Below are positions 25,849 to 37,067 of a DNA stretch of 64,000 nucleotides, piece after piece. The stretch's first letter is position 1; every line of letters begins with the position of its first letter. Position numbers and translations under genes: made by a program. Source of the stretch: Tricharina praecox (Eukaryota). A model generated the notes under the pieces. It searched no databases, was not told the DNA's origin, and saw only the letters and a program-made list of their open reading frames with translations. The DNA is taken from contig NW_026250403.1 of NCBI RefSeq assembly GCF_024521635.1, positions 620,001 through 684,000 of the forward strand, read 5' to 3'.

Positions 25849-27001
25849 GTCACCATCATCTGATACGGTTTGTTCCCTTGCCACCACCCCCAGTCCGTTC
25901 GTCTTCCCCGGGTCGGGTAAAGTACTCTAGGTACAAATTTGGGACCTGCTCGGAAGTGTTGAGCTGTCACCGCCAAAAAAAAAAAATACATGCATCTCAT
26001 TGTGCAGGGCCCTTCGTTTTCCTTTTCCTTTCCCCCCCCAAGTATGTAGCCTTTCCTCAAGGCAGGGCCCACTCCGGGATGTGTCCAAGTCAAGTGGTTG
26101 CGTCTACTCTCATTCGGTATCGACAAATCTCGTTCCTAGTTACCACACTCCACACTCCCTGTCCCCCTGTCCCTCTTCTCCCCTTCCCCCAAGCTCTGAT
26201 CTGAGCCTTACATACATGAGAAGAAGTTGTTTCCCTGGTGTGATCTGTCTATCCGGGGGGGCGATTGATGGGGAGGGGGGGGGAGGGAGGGATAGAGGGG
26301 AGGATGAGGGACGGGACGACGGGGGGCGACGGCAGAGGAGGAGGACGAGGAGGAGGAGGGGGCTGTTCATAAAAGGTCACGATGGCCCCGCCGACTATGG
26401 ATGGAAAAGACAAACATACTTAGCACATCACCCACCTGTTTGCTTGCTTGCTTGTCTGTTACAATTAGAAATCCCTATCCATCCATCCATCTCTAGATCT
26501 CCCCCTCGACTTTTGGGCGGCCAGTCTTCCTCCTCCTCCTCCTCCTCCTTCTTCTTCTTCTTCCTCCTCCTCTTCTTCTTAGTTCCATCACACAAGGAAG
26601 AAAAAAAAGACGCCGTCACAAAACGATCACAACCCCGCCACCGGCCATTTTTTGGGCACCATCTTCCATCTTGAGCCTTCCGAGCCTCTAACGGACTTCC
26701 CGAACCTGGGGGTGGGTGGGGGGTGGGGACCAGCTCTTGGACACCTCTTGAGTCTTGAGAGCTCCGACTCGATCGTTCCGTCCGATCTTGGTTCATTCTC
26801 GACCATCTATAAAAGTTCGGATCTCGGCGGCCATTCTCCGTCCGTACCGATAACCACCCACCATACATAAGGTCGAAGGAAAGTCATAGCTTTCTCGGCA
26901 ACTAAAAAAAAAGGAAACGAAAAAGAAAAGACCAAAAAATCAATTAAGCCCTCTACGGGGGTTTTTCCTTCCTTCCTTCCTCCCCCTCCCCTCCTCCAGC
27001 C

Positions 27002-29338
27002 ATGTATTCCTCGAATCGCCTCCTCCACCACCTTGCCGGCGTCAATGCGCTCTTGGATGACGGAAGCGGCTCGGCTCCGCCGTCGGCAGCGCCGCCAATA
27101 CTCCCATCATTGTCCCTTCCCGCAGCAGCGCAATTCCAAATCCGCCCAATCCTGACACCTCCATTTTCCGACGGAGGAGGGGGAGGAGCGGCGACACTTG
27201 CTTTCCCGACCACACCGCCGACCACTCATGACTCGGACCTCGACCCGCGAGCGGCAAAGATCCTGTCGACGGCCACCCACGTCCTGTCGACCGAGGCCAC
27301 CGCGCTGTCGTGTCTCTCGCGGCTGTACGCAACGGATCCGTTGTGCCGCGAGGGCTTCGTGCGGGCGGTCGAGGCCATCGTCGAGTCGCAGGAGAAGGGC
27401 GGTAAGATCATTGTGATCGGGGTGGGCAAGAGCGGCAAGATTGGCGACAAGTTGGTTGCGTCGATGAATTCGTTGGGGCTCATGAGTATATTTCTGAACC
27501 CTGTTGAGGCTCTTCACGGGGATCTCGGCATTGTTAGACGAGTAAGTTTTACCACCTTTTTCTTTTCTTTTCTTTTCGCCTTTCTTTTCCCTTTCTTCCT
27601 TTTTTCTTTTTGAACGGAATTGGAAATGCTACTCGTGGCGGCCCCGCCTTTTTTTTTTTTTTTTGTTTGGCACCGTTTATTCGATTCTCGGTAGTCATGC
27701 CTTACGGGGGCTGGTGTGTGGGGCGAGTGGGCGGCCGGAATACGGCGTGCTGGGCTTGGGCTGGCTGAGATGTGGCTGGCTGGCTGGGCTGGTCCCTTCG
27801 GCCCTTCAAACTTTGAGTCTCGGGTGTCCGAATTTGTCCGCCCGCCTGCTCCATGCTGCCTGCTCCATCTGCCTGCCTCATGCTGCCTGCTGCTGCTCCC
27901 CCTCCCCTCCCCTCACCCCCCCACCCCCCCAATGCCAACCCCACCATGCCATTCCTCAACCCTTGCCCCTGTCCCGCGTTCGTTTCTGCATCACCGCATA
28001 TCACTGCATATCATCCACCTCCACCTCCCCCTCCACTGCCTCCAGTGTTGCGTGCTCCGATTCCTCGTCCAATTCCCTATCTGGGTGGGATGCGTCCTGA
28101 TATCCTGCACACGCACGTCACCATCCCTCCCCCCCCGCTTGGTGGTTCGAGCAGCTTGGAGGATGAGCTTCATCTATTCCCCCGCCCCTTGCTTGTCCCC
28201 GTGCTCCCCATGCTTCTGGACAGTTCTTCCATCCAATCTCTCCCCCTCATGCATTATAGGAAAATGAAAGCTCACATTTTATTCGCAGAATGATGTACTC
28301 CTTCTGATCACCTTCTCTGGGAAGACGCCTGAGCTGCTGAACCTGCTGCCGCACCTGCCCGCGGAGCTCCCCCTCATTGCGTTAACTTCCCACACGTCCT
28401 ACCACACCTTGCCCCTCGTCGGGGATCGCGATAATACCATCCTACTCCCCACCCCAATCCCCGAGTCCGAAGTAGCCAGTTTCGGAATCGCTGCCCCAAC
28501 CACTTCCACAACAGTCACGATGGCCTTGGGAGACGCTTTGGCGCTCGCATCGGCCGACCGACTGCACAGCTGCACCGGGGAGGGGGAATCAGGGAGCGGC
28601 CCGCGCGAGGTCTTCCGGAGAAATCACCCGGGTGGTGCCATTGGCATTGCCAACAACCTTATGAAGGACAAGGGAGGTGTCGAACGAATACGGGCGCTTG
28701 CCGTTTGCTGGGCGGACATACCGATTGCCGACGAGCAAGGAATCATAACCGGCAATTCTGCAACCACCGGCCAACCACCACCCTCACCGGTAATATCCGA
28801 GACGTCTTCGGAAACCGAGATTGATCTCGTGGACTGGGACTGCAGCAGCGGAGCGGATGTGGGAGTAGTTGCAGGAAACCCTGGCAACAACAACAGCAAT
28901 AACGACAGCAACAAAACCGCAAACAACCGCAAACGCAGCAGTAGCAGCAGCATCGGCAATAGAGGTTGCGCTGCCCGCGGAGCTCCACATTACCCCTGCG
29001 GTTTGCGGGTGCTCGATTGCCTGCTCATCGCCGTCAAAAGTCCCAAGGGTTGGCTACGAACCACTGACGGGGGCTTGATCCCGCCCAAGAAACTCATGGC
29101 CGCCTCCCACCACCACCTCTACGCTGAGGTGAACACGCCCGAGCTCGGTCTGGTGGTGGATGTGAACGACCTGATCAAGGTGCCGGCCGAGTCTTCCATG
29201 AAGGAGGTAGCGAGGGTCCTGTACTCGAGGAGATCACTTGGGGAGCTTACCGACGACACGGCGATCGTTATCATCGAGAACGGCAAGGCCCATGGCGTCC
29301 TCGAAGTGGGGGATGTGATCCGGCATGGTGGCCTTTGA
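27002..29338 (+). CDS. SIS-domain sugar-phosphate isomerase (KdsD/KpsF/GutQ-like) with a degenerate CBS-like C-terminus
   Basis: Exon 1 (27002-27541) has KIIVIGVGKSGKIGDKLVASMNSLG and FLNPVEALHGDLG. Intron 27542-28288 (GTAAGT...CAG). Exon 2 has NDVLLLITFSGKTPEL, APTTSTTVTMALGDALA and FRRNHPGGAIG. These are hallmark KpsF/GutQ motifs. Confidence 0.92.
27706..27866 (+). other. Candidate long intronic RNA hairpin (G-U rich)
   Basis: The 5' arm (27706-27780) pairs by eye with the 3' arm (27788-27866), e.g. GUGGGCGG/CCGCCCGC, GGGCUUGGG/UUUGAGUCU, GGCUGAG/UUCGGCC, GGCUGGC/GCUGGUC. Not computationally folded. Confidence 0.55.
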
Positions 29339-31227
29339 TTCATTTTTGCCTTATTTTGGGGGGTTTCGAGCCCTGTGTGTTTATCTCCTTTGGGTTGGTG
29401 TCAGCTACACTTTAATATTGCTCCCTTTCTCTCTGTTTACTTCTGTTTGGGTAATGGTTTCTGGCGTGCAATCTGTCTGACATTTCTCTTCTTGGTTACT
29501 GTCGTTCACCTTTGCTCTAGTTTCTTCTTCTAGAATGTCTTGATCGGTTTTTCCACGAAGCTCACTTCTTCTTCTTCTTCTGTCTACTATAGCGTCGATG
29601 GGGGGTTTCTTTGCTTTTATTTTGCTTTTCGCGGCCCAAGATTTTTTTCTCCTTTTTGGATGCGGCTGGCTTTTGAGATTGGGGGAGGAGGAGGGGGTTT
29701 TTCTTTTGTCATTTTGGTTGGGGGATACGAATATCGAGATTCAGGCGTTACATTTTTATTTCATTTTTCCGGAAGAAATTCGAATTTTGAGACAGTTGGT
29801 TGTTTTACATGTACTTACTTATGCTCGGGATGTTTTGGGGAGGGTCTCTGTTTTGTTTTGCTTTTCTGGCTCAGACACAAGTGTTGCTCTACCTATCCGT
29901 ACTCTACTCGCTCTCTCTCTCTTTCTCTCTCCTCCGTTGCTTACCTATTTCCTCGTTGGCTGGCCTGCTGTAATATGATACCAGTGGTTTCGTCACTCGT
30001 CCGCTCCGCTATCATATGATTCATTGATTCCAGTGGTTTCGTCACTCGTCGTTGATTTTTAATTCGCACGCTAGGTATCACAGTCATAGCTGTAGGCATA
30101 ATTCCTCAAGTTATCATGGCGATCAACCTGCCCATATGCCATGCCATTCCATGCTATCATATGTAGCATAGGTAGAGTAGGTACATAGTAGATAAGTCCT
30201 CTGCCGATTACGCTCCCCTGCCATCCGATCCAATGCAGTACTCTTCTCCATCTCTCCATCGCCCCCCCAGATGGGAGGTACCTACATAGAGTACATAGAG
30301 TAAGTAGATGATCACATGTCCACTATATAGTAGGTACATAGCATAGTAGAGTACTCCATGTACCTATAGTTACTTTGATACTTTAATACTTCCACCAATT
30401 TGTTTCCGCCCGCCGCTTCAACCGCGAACCGCGAGGGAAGGAACGGCAGAATGCAGTATACCTACCGGGGGGAGATGCGAGGACATGCGAGGACATGGGG
30501 CGGGGAGAGGACGGGGGGCCGGCATGGGAGGGGCGTGGGAGAGGATGGGCAAAGGACGGGCTGGAAGTTTTTCGTGCTTGCCGTTTCCGTTGCCGTTTCC
30601 GTCTCTGTTGACTGCTGGGTGGTGGTTGGGTGTGCTCACTGGTTACTGGTTGGTGGTTGGTGGTTGGTGGTTGGTGGTTGGTGGTTGGTTGGATTGGATG
30701 GGCGGTTGGTTGTGGTGAGGTTGGTTGGATGGATGGTTCGCTGGTGGTTGGTTATTGACCTAGGTACCCTACTATTATATCTACATGCTCGACTCAAACC
30801 ACATGCTGGGGGGGAGGATCCCGCAGACCTGGTCTCTGGGCTGCACTTGGTAGGTAGGAGAGGTATTGCTTTTTCTTTTCTCTTTCTTTTCTTTCTTTTT
30901 CTTTTCTCTTTCTTTCTTTCTCTCTTTTCTTTTTGTTCCTTTTCTTTTCTTTTTCTTTTTCTTTTCCTGCTCTACTCCGCTCATTCCCCGTCGCCTTCGC
31001 CTTCGCCTTCGGTCGTTCTGATGGGCAAGAGGAAGGGGAAGGGTCGGGCGGCTGGCTGGCTGGTTGGTCGGATGGATGGATGGACGGATTGATAGATGGA
31101 TAAACGGCTCGGTGGTGGCTTTGTAGAGTAGGGAAGGGAAGGCTTCGCATCGAGCTCCTGGAGCTGGAGCTGGAGCTGACGGCGGGCGGGCGGGCGGCGG
31201 AGGAGGCGGAGGAGGCGGTGGAGGAGG

Positions 31228-31270
31228 GGGACGAGGGGGACGAGGGGGACGAGGGGGACGAGGGGGACGG
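31228..31270. repeat. (GGGGGACGA)n tandem repeat, potential G-quadruplex
   Basis: About five G5 tracts with 4-nt spacers. Confidence 0.8.
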
Positions 31271-33557
31271 CTCGGACTCGGGCTGGGGATGCAAAACATG
31301 GGGCATATTATCTATAGGTCGGGAGTAGGTATATCGACATGGTACTCACGGGCACTGGGTGCCCAGCAGTAACATGTAGTGTGCGCAGCCGGGGGCGGAC
31401 AGCTTTGTTCCTCCATGTATGTACTGTCCACGATGCTCAATGCTCAATGCTCAATGCTGAGGATGTGAGTGTTCACAGCACGTATTCGCACGTGTATGTG
31501 TGCATGTGTACTTATGTGTATATATGTGTAGAGTATGTGTGCAGTGTGTGTGTGCTCGGATATCATATGTATCATAGTACGGTGTTCGAAGTGCACATTC
31601 GCACATTCGCACATTCACACATTCGCACACTCACTCACACGTGTTCTCAGCCGTCGAATCGTCTGTGCGTGCTGTAGGACGTCCCTGCTTCTGCTTCAGC
31701 AGGGTGCGGTACATAGCGTAGATATGATACCTAGTATGTAGGTAGATGCTAGTTGAAAGCTATACACATAAAGGTACTTCTGTAGAGTATACGTTACGCA
31801 CCCAGCACGGAACAGCACTGCTTGCTCTCCAGTGTCGACTCTCGAGCCGTCCTGTACTCTACATGTGTATGTAGGCAATGCGGCAGCGTCCCTAGCAGTG
31901 CGGTGCAGCGCATGAGTTGCCGTAGTCTACTAGTTGTTATACATATCATCATACCCAGGGGGGAAAGTGTGAAAGATGTGGAAGTGATGTGGAGCCCTTG
32001 ATTCTTGAATCCGACGCTTCATTCATGATTCATGATTCATCGCTCGTGATTCGTGCTTTTGCTTTTGCTTTTGCTTTTGCTTCACCGCCGCCGCCCTGGC
32101 GTGCCCGGAAAGCCCGATGGGTTTGACGGTTGACCTAAATTGCCCTAGAGAACCCCCGTATAGAGTAACTATAGATATTGCATGTGCGATGTGGCTTGCG
32201 CCACCCCCGTCACCACCCATCACCACCCCTACCCTCCCACCCCCCGCCGGACCCACGTGAGAAGTGGTGACGGTGGCGTCCTCGCGAACGGCGGAAGCGA
32301 GATGCGGATTTTCCACTCAACGCATCATAGATATGGCCTAGAGTAGAGTAGGGACCATGCACTTTACGGGAGATGGGGGGGGGGGGTATTTTTGCGCAAG
32401 GGGTGTGTGTGGGGGGAGGGGAGGGGGGACTTGCGAGTTGGAGGACCTGTGGGCGGATGGAATCCAGAGGCTTGGGCGCGAGACCTCGATGGGACTACAT
32501 ATGGGACTACATATGGGACTGGACTCGAAGAGGTCACAGATGGCACCCCCTCCGATCTGGAGGGATGATGCGATGTGACATGTGGGGTTATGTAGATGCG
32601 AGGCGATGGGATGGGATGGGACGGGAACACTATGATGATTACTGATTGATGGTGATGAGATGAGATTGGAGGGGAGGGGGACGGGGGGAAGTGGGCGTCA
32701 TACATACATACATCCATACATACAGACATGGAATACGCGTGATGTGTGGGCGACCAGCCGTCAACACTGACATGGCATGTGGGATTTATCTCAAGGCGAT
32801 CGTGTCAGCCAGACTACCTAGACTCGGGATATTGTACGAGTTCGAGCACTATGTACAGCAGGAGCCACGCGGCTACATGGTGTCGTCACGGGCCAAACAG
32901 TCTGGGTACTTGATTATCAGCGTGGCCGCTCTCCACTGCGGGATGAATCATCACATCACGGAGAAAGTACGACTGTTGGACCAAAAATAATGGGTTTTGA
33001 TTCCTTCCGGCCGTAATCACTCGCTCTCGAGTGTTAAGTCCTGAGTCTCCCCTCGATCTCAACTTTCTGCACCTACGGCTACTGATCTCTTGAAGCCAAA
33101 GACAATCACTTCGCCGTAACAAACATCCGCGCACTTTGGTCCAAGTGCTTCCTTCTTCCCTCCCGAGCAATACGGTATGATGCATAATCGCTCATCTCCA
33201 ACTACTACTTGTAGGAGGACGGTATATGCCCCCGTTAGAAAAGTCAACACTCGATAGGAAGTGCCGACAATCCAGTGGGGGCTTTGTGGTAAATGTACCA
33301 CCTATTATAGACAACGCCACCATTGATTCCTCCAGGAGGGGATGACGCTGTATATGCTATAGGTGGGAGTGTCACGGGCAAGGCAAGCGGACAGGCGGGC
33401 GGGCACGCAGGCAGGAAACTAACGTCGTCACATTCTAGGTATCGATCGCTAAAAGTACAAACTCCCCAGCTCCGCACCTCTACCCGAGTGAGCGAGCGAG
33501 CGAGCGAGCGGGTGGTGGAGTGGGTGAAGAAAACGAATCTGTCGTGCAGCCGAAGGT

Positions 33558-33952
33558 CTAGAGCTTCGCCTCCTCCTGCACGGTCCCGACCTTCAGTCGC
33601 TCCGTGTACTTTGCCAGGACGCCGTCGTTGTGGAACTGTCACCAAGATGTCGTCAGCACTCGTACTCCTTCTCGTCCTCCCCGCCGCCCGCATCTCCCCT
33701 GGTTATTACGTACCTTCCAGAATGACTTCGACGCGTCTTTGCCGAGCACTCGCTTCAGGATCTTTGCGCCGCCGGGGTGCTCATCGATGAAGCCTTTTTT
33801 TCTATCAGTTGCGGGGAAGGGGAAGAGGAGGGGGAAAAGGGCGGGAGGAAAATACCAGTGACATCGTAAACACCGTTATCGATGATGATGTACATCCCGG
33901 TCTCTACGGTCTTGTGCGTAGCGACATCGGAGGGCTTGAAGGTTTTCGACAT
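33558..33952 (-). CDS. Small soluble cytochrome b5 heme-binding protein with C-terminal PTS1-like AKL
   Basis: Three exons give MSKTFKPSDVATHK...YIIIDNGVYDVT|GFIDEHPGGAKILKRVLGKDASKSFWK|FHNDGVLAKYTERLKVGTVQEEAKL*. The HPGG heme motif and the second His ligand are present; there is no TM tail. Confidence 0.92.
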
Positions 33953-35617
33953 TGCTGCTGTTCTTCTGCTACGATGATGTTCGGTTGCTGATAGAGAGGT
34001 ATCTAGAGGTGAGGATAGGAAGAAGGAACCGGGAGGTGATATGGTAGCATCACCCCCCCCGTCACGCGTCGTCTCGTACTCATAATGGTGGTGGTGGAGG
34101 TGTCGGTGGTGTGCAGGTTGTTGACCGAGCGAGCCGAGGTCCAGGAGATATGATGTGATGGACTCTGGGGAAAGGCCGAAGGATCATCGGACTAGAATTT
34201 GTATGGGGAATTTTTCTGCGTCTAACAAATGCAGAGTCATAATTGGTTGGCGTGACTGCGGAACCGAGGTTTGGGATCTTGGCGCATTGCATGAGGGCTA
34301 TTGTCACGAGTGGCCGTGCCGACTCGGGTATTAACAATCTGGCACGGCCCGATGCGGGCACGCAATATCACTCGTTACACATCGGATGGTGGTCTGCTCG
34401 GAAAGTTTACCGGTAACTTATGAAATAATACAGAGACCAACGCAGAAAAGCGAATACAACAGAACGATAGCCGATGCCGCCGGGAATGAGATCTCAAAAA
34501 AAAAAGGTATTATGGCAAACGGATGAGAACCTGTGAACAAACAGCACGTGCGCAAGCCATGCAAGTGATTACGGATGGTGTTGCTGCTGGCGAGTGTTGA
34601 ATTTCTCTCCCTCTTCATCATACCCGCCCATGGCAACTATGTACCAGGTTCTGATCGTGCCTTGTGGGTGAGCTGTAGAAACTGGCAGTATAGGTAGTGC
34701 CAATTCTCGGGAAACATCACTCTTCGACGGCGCATAAGTACCTAAGTGGACACTCAACACTACAAACGCCATCCATTGAAGTTGATACAGTGAGGAATTT
34801 CAACCGAGTCCAAGAAAACCATGCTTACTCCCCTCCAACGGATCGATTATCTCAAAGGCGGCAAGTAATCGAGGACCTACCTATGCACTACTCGTGGTGT
34901 TACTGAAGGAGTCACTGTTTACTTGAGCACGTAACTTCAACTCTGTCACTCCAAGCAAGCCCGCTCTTCCGATGGTAGCATCCGCTGTTTGCTCACCTTG
35001 ATAGAAGCTTCCGTTGCCTGCCCATTGTCCGCACCACCCGCTATTTCGCCCCTCTCCTCCTCCCGCATTACCCCCCAAGAGCTTTTATACACTTGCAAAA
35101 CTCTGGTGATCAACGATGTAAGATACCCGAACCCAGGGTAAATTACCACCAGCTTCTGTAAAGAAGCAGTGATAACCGAACCTTAAATAGCGGACTCCTT
35201 TCAAGCAGAACAATGGCGTTATGGCGAAGGCAGCCTCCACACTACCCGCAAAGCATGTATTCAAGAGATGACACGATGAGAGAGGAGTTGACGACAATCA
35301 ATATGAAAAAGGAAAAACTCCGGCGTGCACGGTCAAAGCTGCCAAGGTACAGTGCAATACAAAAAGATGGAGTCACATGATCCGGTAAGAAAGGAACCCC
35401 ACTCAACAAAAGGAATAAAACAGGACCGACTGGGTATATATCAACCCACCCTTTGCGCCATCATTTGGTATCATGTAACCACGTAACTAATTCCTCATCC
35501 AACCTCCAACCCCGACCCAACCCCCACTCATTCCCAGAGCCCAATCCTCATATGCTACCCAAAAAACACAAAAAGGCGGTAAAATCTCAAACAAAAAAAC
35601 CGTATATCGCAAGTCTC

Positions 35618-37036
35618 CTAGCACAGCTGTAGATAGTTGCTTGGAACCAACCCAGGCCTTCCTTGGATGCCAACAAGCTCAGCCTCCCACCAGCCGTCTT
35701 CTTGGTGGGCCAACACTGCCAGGATATCGCCCTTCGCAAAACTCATTTCCTCGGGAATGGCGGCGTTGTACTGATATATTGCTCGAGCATAGCTGATGAT
35801 CGGCCTGCCGTCTCGAGATTTATTGGCGTCTACTGTGCTCTTGCTTCTCGGTCTCCCAACCTGCGAACTGCCTCCCTGATACTGTCCGGTACCTTGGTCC
35901 CCGTAGTAGCTTTGACGGTTTGTTGCACTACCGTACCCGTCGCGGGTACTACCGGCGCGACTCCTACTTCGTGCGTCATAACTGTCACCGCGACTGTGGC
36001 TACTCATGGCAGGAGATGCTGTCCGGTACTTGCTCAAGGCCACCTCCTGTCCGGGGCCAGGCGAGCCCGAATTATACGCAGCATACTGACCCGGCCTGCC
36101 GCTGTTCGCTGTTCCCGGCCGAGACTGAGTATAGGGGTTCGGCGAAGGACCGCGGCTGCTGTACGCATTTTGAGGCTTCGGGGAGCTGTTGCGGTAGGCT
36201 TCGTCGCCGTAGAGCTGTGGTCGGGGGCTAACGCTTCGTGTAGGCCCTGGGCTAGCGTTTGCGTCTCTTCCTGCAAAATCACGAGTACTGTGCCCAGATT
36301 GAGGCCGCTGATAATCAATTGTCCGGGAACGTGGCCGTCCCTGCATCTCACTTGCCACTGCAGGCATTTGAGGAGGACCCTCGAGAAGATTGTGGCGTTG
36401 GTTCACGTATCTCTGGGTAGTCTGCTGCATCTGCGCGGAGTCAAAAGCCGGCGGTGGAACGTCCAGCGCACTCTTAGGGATGTAAGTCGGCGGAGGAGTT
36501 CCACGTTGAGCAGCAGCGACGGCTGAGTTTGGAGCTGGAGTAACGGAAGGTGCCGGAGTGGCCAGACCAAAGTATCGGTCAGCTGAATTCCTGCCCGCGG
36601 AGTTCCGACCTGTCGAGTTCTTGGTAACTCCCTTGAGCTCAGCCAAAGCTTGCGCAATGGGGTCCATAGACAAGTCCTCCTCTTCCTGCTGTTGCTTCTG
36701 AGGCGACGGCCCGCCACGCTCTTCCTGTGGGTTGCTAACTTCGAAAACGTTGCCTCCGACGTTTAGTGCCAGACTGGCATTGGCATCTATGGGTTCTGGG
36801 CTTGCCGCGTAGCGATCATTGTTCGGCAAGAACTGCGATTGCCTCTGCTTGCTTGAGGTTGATCCTGCCTGAGATGCTGGGGGGTTTGCCGCAGTCATGT
36901 TTCTCTGTGCAGTAGTAGCTGGTGACCACGTGTTTCGATTTGTTAGTGATGGATTGGCAGGTGGCTGGTCTCGTTGACGTCGAGCTTCCACGCGGCGCTG
37001 CTCCCGAAGTGCTAGTTGCTGCTGCTGTTGCTGCTC

Positions 37037-37067
<31 letters not shown>

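Noticed and set aside
25410-26204. RE-/SL-repeat ORFs
   Set aside because: They are translations of the (CT)n microsatellite.
27762-27830. TPP riboswitch in the SIS intron (GCTGAGA...CCCTTCAAAC)
   Set aside because: The conserved CUGAUC...UAAU...GCG(U)AGG half is missing, and the host gene is not thiamine-related.
27663-28293. Pro-rich ORFs within the SIS intron as a nested gene
   Set aside because: C-rich low-complexity sequence keeps all three frames open; there is no recognisable domain.
29981-30050. 21-bp direct repeat CCAGTGGTTTCGTCACTCGTC x2 downstream of the SIS gene
   Set aside because: It is real but most simply a local slippage duplication, with no sign of function.
30400-31306. 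Long Pro/Lys-rich or Trp/Phe-rich ORFs on both strands
   Set aside because: They arise from simple repeats (GGTT, CTTTT, GGGGACGA) with no domain signal.
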